64,000 nucleotides of DNA from Nitrosopumilus sp. (GTDB lineage: Archaea; Thermoproteota; Nitrososphaeria; Nitrososphaerales; Nitrosopumilaceae): the NCBI GenBank assembly GCA_963667665.2, contig OY763927.2, positions 1,664,001 to 1,728,000 on the forward strand, given 5' to 3'. The notes below the pieces were generated by a model that saw nothing but the letters and a program-made list of their open reading frames with translations, was not told where the DNA came from and made no database searches. Below, one piece after another: positions 1 to 7,850 of this stretch (its first letter is position 1; the number at the start of each line of letters is the position of its first letter). The translations under genes and the position numbers were made by a program.

Positions 1-63
1 GGAAAAATGATAGATGAGGTACATTTCAAGCAAGCAAAAGCACTTCTTGAACTTGTAAAATGA
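1..63 (+). CDS. C-terminal fragment of a CitE/HpcH-type (citrate lyase beta / malyl-CoA lyase family) protein, truncated by window edge
   Basis: Frame 1 reads GKMIDEVHFKQAKALLELVK* (TGA 61-63), resembling the G-x-M-I-D C-terminal motif of the family. Confidence 0.6.
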   Translation, partial: GKMIDEVHFKQAKALLELVK

Positions 64-84
64 TAATTTCAATCTAATTGAATT

Positions 85-697
85 CTAGTCAAATGATTCA
101 ATAATTGATTTCATACTGGTACTTTTCTCAAACATTTTTTTAGAAACAATTCCAGTAATTGTAATTTTTTCTTTTTTAATATCTAGTTTAATTTCTTGAA
201 AAACACATTGAAGCTTGGAAATCTTTTTACTTTCACTAAGCACTTTTCCTGATTCTATAATAATTCCATTAAGTATTAGATTTTCAATTTTCCTGTATCC
301 TGAAGTTTTTGGAACTTTAGATTCTTTTAGTATCTGTGGAATTGTATATTCATTTTCTAAAAGACTCGAAATAATTTTTCTTGTTTCTGATTCACTAAAT
401 AATTCTAAAATTAAATCTGTCATAATTGTATTGTGTATAATTACATTGTACTTGTCATCTCTTTTTTTTTACTTTGATAATTTTATTTATACAATCTTTT
501 TCAAATTTTTTGACATCTATATGGGAATTTTTTTTAAGTGCGTTTGTAAATTTTTGAAAATGTTCAATTGAAAGTTTTATTGACATTCCGTGCTCCAAAA
601 ATAATTCACATTCAATTTTCTTTAGCATATCTAAATCTAATTTTTTCTTAATTTCCTTAGATAATACAGCTGACATTAATCTATCAATACCGCCCAT
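85..697 (-). pseudogene. Winged-HTH transcriptional regulator split by a frameshift in a T9 run (462-470)
   Basis: ORFs 455..697 and 85..423 join into one frame (..IKVKKRDDKYNVIIHNTIMTDLILELF..) if one base of the homopolymer is removed; C-terminal half has HTH-like TIPQILKESKVPKTSGYRKIENL. Confidence 0.7.
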
Positions 698-754
698 GTA
701 AGAATTCTAAATAATGGAAAATATTAAAGCACTGCTTTATTCATTATAATAGAT

Positions 755-1105
755 ATGAGTAAATCTGTAATTGTAATAGATGATGATGAAGATACAGTTA
801 GATTATTCAGTGAATTTCTAGAAGAAAATGGTATTAATGTAATTGGTAATGGTTTTGATAGAATCTCTGCTGTTAAATTATTCAAAGAAACAAAACCAGA
901 TGTAGTTCTAATTGATCTAAACATGCCTAATGGCACTGGATTTTATGCCATTAAAAAAATTCAAGAAATTGATCCCAAAGCAAAAATTATTGCTATTACA
1001 GCAAATAGTAGTTACTCTGTTGAAGACAAATTAGATAAACTTCACATACCTCTAATTCAAAAACCATTCAAAATGGATCAAGTAATTTCTATTATAATTA
1101 ATTAA
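755..1105 (+). CDS. Stand-alone response regulator receiver (CheY-like)
   Basis: VIVIDDD, PDVVLIDLNMP (phospho-acceptor D), IAITA, KPF motifs. Confidence 0.92.
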   Translation: MSKSVIVIDDDEDTVRLFSEFLEENGINVIGNGFDRISAVKLFKETKPDVVLIDLNMPNGTGFYAIKKIQEIDPKAKIIAITANSSYSVEDKLDKLHIPLIQKPFKMDQVISIIIN

Positions 1106-1173
1106 TTCATTCCCATTTTTGGAATTTTCCCTAAAATGTTATATTCTAAAGTTCATACTATAATATGATACAA

Positions 1174-1317
1174 ATGAGTAAACGTGTAACAATTATGATC
1201 GATGAAGATCTTGACAAAAAACTTAGACTTCGTCAAGCAAAATTGATTCAACAAGAACAATCATCATATAGTTATTCCAGAGTACTTAATGAAACACTTC
1301 GTAAATCTCTGAAATAA
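1174..1317 (+). CDS. Small ribbon-helix-helix-like DNA-binding protein (47 aa; not in ORF track)
   Basis: MSKRVTIMIDEDLDKKLRLRQAKLIQQEQSSYSYSRVLNETLRKSLK*: beta strand with alternating hydrophobics followed by two helices; alternative ATG at 1165. Confidence 0.75.
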   Translation: MSKRVTIMIDEDLDKKLRLRQAKLIQQEQSSYSYSRVLNETLRKSLK

Positions 1318-1400
1318 TTAAAAAAATATCTTTATTCAAGATTCTATCTTTTCAATTAGAATATGTTAAAGATAATGAATTTTTATAAAAATATAGTAAA

Positions 1401-2105
1401 ATGATTAATCTTCTTGATCCCTCAAATGTAATTACTAGACTTTTTAATTCTGGAAAATACGACGATATGTACAATTATTGCAAAAATCTACTTGAAAAAA
1501 CACCTAATGATATGGTTGCCCTCCAAAATATTTCACTATCTCTGATTTATTTAAAAAAATATGACGAGGCTATTGTTTATTGTGATAAAGTTCTAGACAT
1601 AAAGAATTCAGATACTTATGCACTAAAAAACAAGATCTATGCTCTTGAAAATTTAAAACAATATGAACAAATTCTAAAATTATGCAAACAAATTCTTTCT
1701 AAAAATTCTAGAGATGTATGGGCTCTAAACAGTATGGGATTATCTCTAAATGAACTAAATAGACATCAAGATGCCCTTGAATATTATGATAAATCTCTTG
1801 AAGTAGATCTAAATGATGTTACTGCTTTAATGAATAAGGCTATTTCTTTAAGTCATTTGGGTAAATACAAAGATGCAATAGACTATTACGATAAGGCTCA
1901 AACTATTGATTCAAGCTCAAAAGAAATACCTCTTGCAAAATCACAATTATTTAAAAAATTAGGTATGGATGATGATTCATTTTTAGCCGCACAAGGCATA
2001 CTTAATAAAAAAATGGAAAAAATAAAGATGGATGCTAAAAAAAACAAATGTTCTGTTTTTCATCAATTATGTGAAGATGAATTTAAAAAGTATGATTCTA
2101 AATAA
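1401..2105 (+). CDS. Tetratricopeptide repeat protein
   Basis: Repeated 34-aa TPR units (e.g. ALMNKAISLSHLGKYKDAIDYYDKA). Confidence 0.88.
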   Translation: MINLLDPSNVITRLFNSGKYDDMYNYCKNLLEKTPNDMVALQNISLSLIYLKKYDEAIVYCDKVLDIKNSDTYALKNKIYALENLKQYEQILKLCKQILSKNSRDVWALNSMGLSLNELNRHQDALEYYDKSLEVDLNDVTALMNKAISLSHLGKYKDAIDYYDKAQTIDSSSKEIPLAKSQLFKKLGMDDDSFLAAQGILNKKMEKIKMDAKKNKCSVFHQLCEDEFKKYDSK

Positions 2106-2114
2106 TTATATACA
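2097..2114 (+). repeat. Left direct repeat (attL candidate)
   Basis: TCTAAATAATTATATACA, 17/18 identical to 7150-7167; contains the stop codon of the TPR gene. Confidence 0.7.
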
Positions 2115-2134
2115 AAATATATATTGTATATAAT
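2105..2134. promoter_or_regulatory. Perfect 11-8-11 inverted repeat upstream of integrase
   Basis: ATTATATACAA-aatatata-TTGTATATAAT. Confidence 0.5.
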
Positions 2135-2154
2135 GTATATATATTTAAATACTA

Positions 2155-3294
2155 GTGCTTGAATCTATTCTAACTATGTTAGTAGAACAAACAACAGAAC
2201 AAGTCCAAAAACAATTCTTAGACTCAATGTATCTTATCTCACACAGCAAAAAAACAATTCAAACTTACAAGTCTGCACTAAATCATTTTAAAAAATTTGT
2301 TACATCTCAATACAATTACAATGAAATGCAAATAGTAGAGCAGATAAAATCTGAGAAAACTGATGTATACACTGTAATTCGAGATTTTATTATATATCTA
2401 GATCAAAAATAAATTCGTCCTAGAGGAATTCATTCGTATCTTAGTGGTCTGAAAGGATTTCTTCGTCATACCGGAATTAAAATTAATTCAGATGATTTCA
2501 AACATCTAGTAAAGATCCCTAAAGTAATCAGAACTCGTGAAATTCCAGTTACAAAAGAGATGATTCTACGAGTCTTGCACAACTCTTCTACCAAACTTCA
2601 GACATCTATTCTAGTATGTGCATCAAGTGGATTACGTATTGGAGAACTAGTGCAGCTAAAACTCTCTGATATTGATTTTGAGTGCAATCCAACCAAACTG
2701 AGTATTCGTGCTGAAATTGCAAAGGGGAGCATGTCCAGGGAGACATTTATCACATCTGAGGCTACTTTATCCCTTCAAGATTATCTAAAGCGATATTTTG
2801 GCTGGAAGGAAAATGATCCAAACTTGCACCTGCAAAATACTATGATTTTTTGGAGAATATCTGCAGTAAAGACTGGGTATGTCCCTAAATTTACAGTAGA
2901 ATCTGCAAAACAGATACTGCAAAATTCATTACGAAATCAAATTGAAAAAATTTCTGAATTAAATGTCAGAAATGAAAATGGACTTCGGGCAATACATTTC
3001 CACGCACTAAGGAAATTTTTTAGAACTTCCGTAGGAAATGTTTGTGGTAGAGACTATGCTGAAGCATTAATGGGCCACGGATTCTACATGGATACGTACT
3101 ATCAACTGCCAGAAGACAAGAAAAAACAGATGTACTTGGATGCGGAATCTCATCTGACAATATCTGACTTTCAAGCAGTTGAGAAAGACATGAAAGTTTT
3201 ATCTACAAAATATAAAAACCTGGAAAACAAAGTTGATGATCTAACGCAATATCTTAGAACAAACAGCATTGATGTTCCGGATTATCTTAGATGA
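2155..3294 (+). pseudogene. Tyrosine recombinase/integrase with in-frame TAA at 2410-2412
   Basis: ORFs 2155..2412 and 2560..3294 share a frame and are linked by open sequence (DQK*IRPRGIHSYLSGLKGFLRH..); catalytic motifs GLRIGE, K, HALRK, MGH and C-terminal Y present. Confidence 0.88.
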
Positions 3295-3581
3295 CTTCGG
3301 CTCCTTACCTTTTCACTAATCTTCCTTAGCATTTCCTCTCTCTGTATGATGTACTTTGACATCTGCTCCATCATCTTCATCTTGATTTTATCATCCTTGG
3401 AACTTTTGATAATTTCTTTTGATATCTCTATATTGCAATCTAAATCATTAATTGATTCCACATATCTTTCAAATCTTCCAGCATCTCTAAGTTCAGTAAT
3501 TTTTTCTCTGAAATTTTCTGAAGTCGCGACATGTCCCGTGCCTGAATTTGGTTCATTTGTGACACTGTCATGTTCTGTCAT
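3282..3581 (-). CDS. Hypothetical coiled-coil protein of the element
   Basis: ATG at 3581 (MTEHDS..), helical charged sequence, converges on the integrase. Confidence 0.55.
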   Translation of the reverse strand: MTEHDSVTNEPNSGTGHVATSENFREKITELRDAGRFERYVESINDLDCNIEISKEIIKSSKDDKIKMKMMEQMSKYIIQREEMLRKISEKVRSRSHLR

Positions 3582-3582
3582 T

Positions 3583-3647
3583 TTTTCTGACACCTTTTTG
3601 TGATTTTCACGCCTAAAAATGCAGGTTTTTGACACCTTTTTGACACA
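3583..3647. repeat. Iteron-like short direct repeats (TTTT[T/C]TGACAC, 3 copies)
   Basis: TTTTCTGACACCTTTTTG at 3583-3600 and tandem TTTTTGACACC/TTTTTGACACA at 3626-3647, intergenic. Confidence 0.55.
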
Positions 3648-3650
3648 ACT

Positions 3651-3854
3651 TTACTCATCAGCAACCCATTCCTTCGTCATCTTGTTATAGGATACAAAGT
3701 CGCCAAACCTATACTCTATCCAGGGCTTTAGTTTCTCGTAAGACGACAGTGAGATTCTGGCTTGCTCAACAAGATCGAATTTGTGAATCTTTCCGTGCTG
3801 CTTTACTATTTCCTTGATACGGTTTGCGTGATAATACATTTGTCTGGTAGTCAT
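3651..3854 (-). CDS. Small winged-helix-like DNA-binding protein (67 aa)
   Basis: MTTRQMYYHANRIKEIVKQHGKIHKFDLVEQARISLSSYEKL..VSYNKMTKEW: helix-turn-helix plus terminal beta wing pattern. Confidence 0.6.
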   Translation of the reverse strand: MTTRQMYYHANRIKEIVKQHGKIHKFDLVEQARISLSSYEKLKPWIEYRFGDFVSYNKMTKEWVADE

Positions 3855-3981
3855 GATGCATATTCCTGTAACATAACATGACATAGAGAAGAGAAGATTA
3901 CAGTTAAATTATTTTTTATTTTCTTTAAAAAATTTTTTTTATTATTGTTGTATGTATGATATGTTATGATATTTTTTATTC

Positions 3982-4134
3982 TCACTTTAGCTCGCTCTCC
4001 AGAATCAGTTTTTCTTTTGTAATTTTTACGGTAAACACTGGATCTTCCTTCAGATGACTCAGCCACTTTACATCTAGTCCGATGATCAGATGTCCGTCCA
4101 GAACGTAAGGCCTGACAGAATTGTATGACTTCAT
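3982..4134 (-). CDS. Small AbrB/SpoVT-like protein (50 aa; not in ORF track)
   Basis: MKSYNSVRPYVLDGHLIIGLDVKWLSHLKEDPVFTVKITKEKLILESELK*; ATG overlaps upstream TGA (ATGA). Confidence 0.5.
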   Translation of the reverse strand: MKSYNSVRPYVLDGHLIIGLDVKWLSHLKEDPVFTVKITKEKLILESELK

Positions 4135-4276
4135 TGTCTTTCACTCCAGTACTTGTCGCAAAGATCTGCATGATCTAAAAGTTCTACAATAACAGAATCA
4201 AATGATGAATCTAGGTGTTCCCGTATCTTGTCAAACGAACTTTTGTTTGCGGCGAAACCTTGATTTGTAGAGTCAT
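4131..4276 (-). pseudogene. Frameshifted ribbon-helix-helix protein
   Basis: MTLQIKVSPQTK then, after a 1-nt shift near 4235-4245, FDKIREHLDSSFDSVIVELLDHADLCDKYWSERQ*; typical archaeal RHH pattern. Confidence 0.6.
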
Positions 4277-4300
4277 GCTCTAGCTCGTTTTTCTCTCAGA

Positions 4301-4337
4301 TAAAAGTTGGGATTTGAATTTTATTTCCCAACTTTTA
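4301..4337. repeat. 12-bp inverted repeat with 13-nt loop
   Basis: TAAAAGTTGGGA (4301-4312) / TCCCAACTTTTA (4326-4337). Confidence 0.6.
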
Positions 4338-4357
4338 ACTACTAGCTGTTTTGAAAG

Positions 4358-4501
4358 TCAACGTTTTTTTCTGAATGATTTTACCATTTCAGCAATCACA
4401 TCATCCATGCTCGTAGACTCTCCTGATTTTGTTTGCATATGACCTTGAATTCTGATCATCTCTTTATGATTTTTATCCGAGATGCGGAGGGTCTTGACCA
4501 T
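4358..4501 (-). CDS. Ribbon-helix-helix (CopG/antitoxin-like) protein (47 aa; not in ORF track)
   Basis: MVKTLRISDKNHKEMIRIQGHMQTKSGESTSMDDVIAEMVKSFRKKR*. Confidence 0.7.
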   Translation of the reverse strand: MVKTLRISDKNHKEMIRIQGHMQTKSGESTSMDDVIAEMVKSFRKKR

Positions 4502-4692
4502 GATTATACAAAATATATGACATATATGAAAATTACTAGATATATGAAATATTCTTCAAAAAACTTAGCCAAAGCAGGCATAAGAAATTCTTATATTGTG
4601 ACTTTGTATCATTTTGTTATTATGTTGAATAAATTGGACGAAGAGTTTAATGCCGAACGATTTAATTTACAGCATGAGCAAGGTGAAAAAGC

Positions 4693-4884
4693 ATGACTAA
4701 ACTGCAGCTAATTTACAGACCAGTCAAACTCCCAGCTGCAAAAACAGAGAAACTCAAGGCCATAAAGATTCTAATGAATTCTGGCCACAGCTTTACCGCA
4801 ATATCGGACCTGGAATACATGGTTTCTCTTCGTCAATGTAAGGCTCTTACAGCTGCCAAAATAAACTACATAAAACAAGAATAG
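4693..4884 (+). CDS. Hypothetical 63-aa protein, first gene of a TA-like pair
   Basis: ORF with GGTG SD-like sequence upstream; abuts the next degraded gene. Confidence 0.55.
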   Translation: MTKLQLIYRPVKLPAAKTEKLKAIKILMNSGHSFTAISDLEYMVSLRQCKALTAAKINYIKQE

Positions 4885-4885
4885 C

Positions 4886-5208
4886 ATTAACCAAAAAATC
4901 AAGCTTCATTTCAAGTTACCAAAAATGAGGAATGATCAAAAAGAAATTTCGGCAGACGTTTTTGAAAAATTAAACCAAGAATTTATTAAAAAGTTTGGCG
5001 GCCTAACGGTTAATTCCCCGCAAAAGGATTTTGGAAACACAACGGACTAACATATCGTGATCAAACAATAGAATACATCGTCTTTATTCCAGAAGCCAAA
5101 TTCAATAAAGAAATTAAAAAATCTCTGGATGAATACTTGGATAGATTTAAGAAAACATTCAAGCAATTAGAAATCTTTTGCTATTATTATCTGACAATGT
5201 CTACCTAG
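4886..5208 (+). pseudogene. Degraded ~105-aa protein (LP..ND..FGGLT..G.W..G..YRD..F.Q.EI pattern)
   Basis: KLHFKLPKMRNDQKEISADVFEKLNQEFIKKFGGLTVNSPQK, frameshift at the A-run near 5022-5025, then GFWKHNGLTYRDQTIEYIVFIP..FKKTFKQLEIFCYYY..*. Confidence 0.6.
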
Positions 5209-5254
5209 TGTAACTTTTTTTCATAATTGATTTTTTTTACTTGAGAAAAAATCC

Positions 5255-5476
5255 TTACACTGATACAGGACGCAAGGAAAGATCAGTGACATGTCTGGTT
5301 ACACATTCCGGACACAGAATGATTCCTTGGTTGTCAGTCAGCTTGTGCATTGTCATGCCATACTCCTTGTTGTCCTTCCTGATTGACTGCCACTCTTTTT
5401 CAAAAAACATGATGCAGCACGGAGAAATATTGTGCTTAATCCCTTTCCAAAAGTATTTTCCTTCACTTCCACTCAT
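5255..5476 (-). CDS. Small Cys-rich hypothetical protein
   Basis: PCC and CPEC motifs, 73 aa. Confidence 0.5.
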   Translation of the reverse strand: MSGSEGKYFWKGIKHNISPCCIMFFEKEWQSIRKDNKEYGMTMHKLTDNQGIILCPECVTRHVTDLSLRPVSV

Positions 5477-5590
5477 TGAGATTCATAGTCTACATATGAT
5501 CAAAAAACCCAGTGTTGCAAGATTGGTTGACCAAAGGATAAAGTCTGACTAACAATTCATGCTGATCCTTTATATGAAAAAACTACAATC

Positions 5591-5723
5591 ATGATCATGG
5601 AAAAATTCGACTATGCTAGATGCCCAAATTGTGGCAAAGTAGCAAACAATGAAACAAAAGTAAAAGACTTGTTTGGCATTAGAAACAATGGCGGCAACCT
5701 CATGGTGCAAAGAGTGCCGATAA
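5591..5723 (+). pseudogene. Frameshifted small zinc-ribbon protein
   Basis: MIMEKFDYARCPNCGKVA..LFGIRNNGGN in one frame; SWCKECR* (second CxxC) in another frame ending TAA 5721-5723. Confidence 0.6.
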
Positions 5724-7100
5724 TCATTTTTTCATTTTTTTAAGAATTTCTTTATGTCTTATATCCCATCTTAATGCTTCAGTTTTATTTCCTGATTTGA
5801 AATATGACACTTTTATCAATCGGATTGTATCTAGTTCCTCTGGGTTTTGATTTAATATGGATAAACAATCTTTTATCACTTCATTCATCTTATCCAATTT
5901 AAAAAATGAAAGTGCTCTATTGTAAATTGCATCAATATACTTTGGATCAATAGATATTGCTTCATTAAATAATGGTATTGCTGCAAGATCATCTCCTTTA
6001 ATTGCTATTGCGGAACCCTTAAGATTCAAAGCCTGTTCGTTATCTGGTTTTATCACTAAACATTCATTAAAACATGAAATGGCATCATCAAATTTTTTTA
6101 ATCTCATTAACATTGCACCTTTATTGAATAACGTATCTACATTGCCAGGATCTATTCTCAAAATTCTATCAAAACAAGATAATCCATAATCAAATTTTTC
6201 TTGAATATTCAAAACTGCCCCTTTTCCAGTTAATGCAATTATTTCATTAGGGTTAATCTTTAAAGCTTGATCATAACATGAAATGGCATCATCAAATTTT
6301 CCATTTGCATTAATTATATTTCCTTTTTCTTTCTCTATCATGCCCAAATTCATAAAACATTTTCCTTTATTTGCAAGTGCTATTTCATCATAAGATTGTT
6401 TTTCTAATACTGTTTTGATTATCTCTAATGCTTTTTTAAATTGTTTTAAATCAATAAGTGAAGCAGCTTTGTTAACAACGGCATCAGTTAGATTACTATC
6501 TAAGGACACTGCCTTATCATAATATTCTAGTGATTCCTTATGTCTTCCAGTTTTTGCTAGACAAATTCCTTTGTTACTCCATGCTATTGCATTAGTTGGT
6601 TCAATTTCAATAATTTTCTCAAAATATGGTAAAGCTTTATGATATTTGTTTAGATGCATCAAACTTGCTCCCGCGTTAATCAACGAAGGAACATGTTCTG
6701 GATCATCTTTAATCACTGAATCATAGTATTTTCTTGCACTTTCCCATTTTTCTGAATGAAAAAATATTGTTGCCGACTGGAGATTTGTTGATTTTGTATT
6801 TAATTGTCTATTTCTTACAAAAATTATTGCTGAAAATATTATAGAAATTGCTAATGCTCCAATGGCAATTTCTATACCTAGAAGAGATAATTTGTTGGAA
6901 CTTGTTGTATGGTTTCCAAGCGTGGTGAATAGGCTGTTATGTTTATCCTCAGAATCCTTTTGATTCTGTTCTATTATTCCAAATATCTCTAAATGTTTAT
7001 CCTCAGAATCCTTTTGATGTTCTTCTATGTATTCTGAAATTGTATTATTTGTTCCATATGCAGGTAAAATTCCTAAAATAATTAATTCTTTTATATTTTT
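5724..7100 (-). pseudogene. Membrane-anchored TPR protein lacking a start codon
   Basis: TPR ORF 5724..6716 stays open upstream to 7100, adding a signal-peptide remnant (LIILGILPAYG), a QKDSEDKH duplication and a TM helix (LLGIEIAIGALAISIIFSAIIFV), with no ATG/GTG/TTG. Confidence 0.7.
6939..7018. repeat. 26-bp direct repeat, 54-bp period, inside the TPR gene
   Basis: ATGTTTATCCTCAGAATCCTTTTGAT at 6939-6964 and 6993-7018. Confidence 0.85.
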
Positions 7101-7149
7101 TTATAAAACATCTGCTATTTCTTCTTGTTTATACCAACAATATTGTTCA

Positions 7150-7167
7150 TCTAAATAATTTTATACA
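7150..7167 (+). repeat. Right direct repeat (attR candidate), overlapping the TATA-like box of the riboflavin synthase gene
   Basis: TCTAAATAATTTTATACA; TTTATA about 23 nt upstream of ATG 7188. Confidence 0.7.
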
Positions 7168-7187
7168 GAGAATTATAATAGTTTTTG

Positions 7188-7772
7188 ATGTTTACAGGAA
7201 TCATTAAAGGTATTGGTAAAGTAGAAAAAATTTCTAAAAATACAAAAAATAGAAGTGCTATTCAAATGACTATAAATCTAGGAAAACATGTTAAGGGATT
7301 AAAAATTGGACAAAGTGTTGCTCTTAATGGCGTTTGTCTTACTGCAACAAAACTATCAAAATCTAATTGTATTTTTGAAATGATTGAAGAAACTACAAAA
7401 AAAACAGATCTTGGAAATCTCAAAGTTGGTGGAATTGTAAACATTGAACGTAGCTTAAAAGCAGGTGATAGATTAGAAGGGCATTTTGTTTTAGGTCATG
7501 TTGATGGAGTAGGAGTTATTAGAAAAATTCTAAAAAAACCTAAAGAAGTTCAAATTTGGTTTGAAGTTCCCAAAAAACTATCAAAATATGTAGTGAAAAA
7601 AGGTTCTATCGCTGTAGATGGAATTAGTTTAACGGTTGTTGATATCAAAAATACTCTTGCATCTGTATCATTAATTCCTCACACCATTGAAGTTACAAAT
7701 TTTAAAACCAAAAAAGTTGGCGATAAAGTTAATATTGAAACTGATATTCTTGGGAAATACATTCTAAAATAA
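7188..7772 (+). CDS. ribE: Riboflavin synthase (bacterial alpha type)
   Basis: MFTGII start, SVALNGVCLT, NIERS..GH.VLGHVDG, KGSIAVDGISLT, VNIETD. Confidence 0.95.
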   Translation: MFTGIIKGIGKVEKISKNTKNRSAIQMTINLGKHVKGLKIGQSVALNGVCLTATKLSKSNCIFEMIEETTKKTDLGNLKVGGIVNIERSLKAGDRLEGHFVLGHVDGVGVIRKILKKPKEVQIWFEVPKKLSKYVVKKGSIAVDGISLTVVDIKNTLASVSLIPHTIEVTNFKTKKVGDKVNIETDILGKYILK

Positions 7773-7850
7773 AGCCAATTATCTACAATTTTAGTGGTAA
7801 TTACCACTTTTTTAGTAAACTTTATAATTAGATTTAAGGAATTTTTGTAT

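Larger units (their letters stand above)
2097..7167. mobile_element. Degenerate integrated mobile element (~5 kb) with tyrosine integrase
   Basis: Flanking direct repeats TCTAAATAATTATATACA (2097-2114) and TCTAAATAATTTTATACA (7150-7167), integrase at left end, small DNA-binding ORFs and several pseudogenes inside, core-type genes on both sides. Confidence 0.8.

Noticed and set aside
215-571. Plus-strand 118-aa ORF, and the many similar antisense ORFs across the window
   Set aside because: Shadow frames opposite clearly identifiable genes; no motifs
2410-2412. Stop-codon recoding (Sec/Pyl) in the integrase
   Set aside because: Codon is TAA, and neighbouring element genes are also decayed
3851-4171. 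106-aa minus-strand ORF from the track
   Set aside because: Overlaps the better-supported 3982-4134 and 4131-4276 genes in other frames and runs through the A/T tract as low-complexity sequence
4433-4696. 87-aa plus-strand ORF
   Set aside because: Antisense to the RHH gene and spans its promoter repeats; at most the last 24 codons could be real
6939-7018. 26-bp repeat with 28-bp gap resembling a mini-CRISPR
   Set aside because: Only two copies, period is a multiple of 3, lies in an open coding frame, no cas genes
7188-7772. Bacterial-type riboflavin synthase as element cargo
   Set aside because: Outside attR, host-like composition, adjacent to the rest of the rib operon
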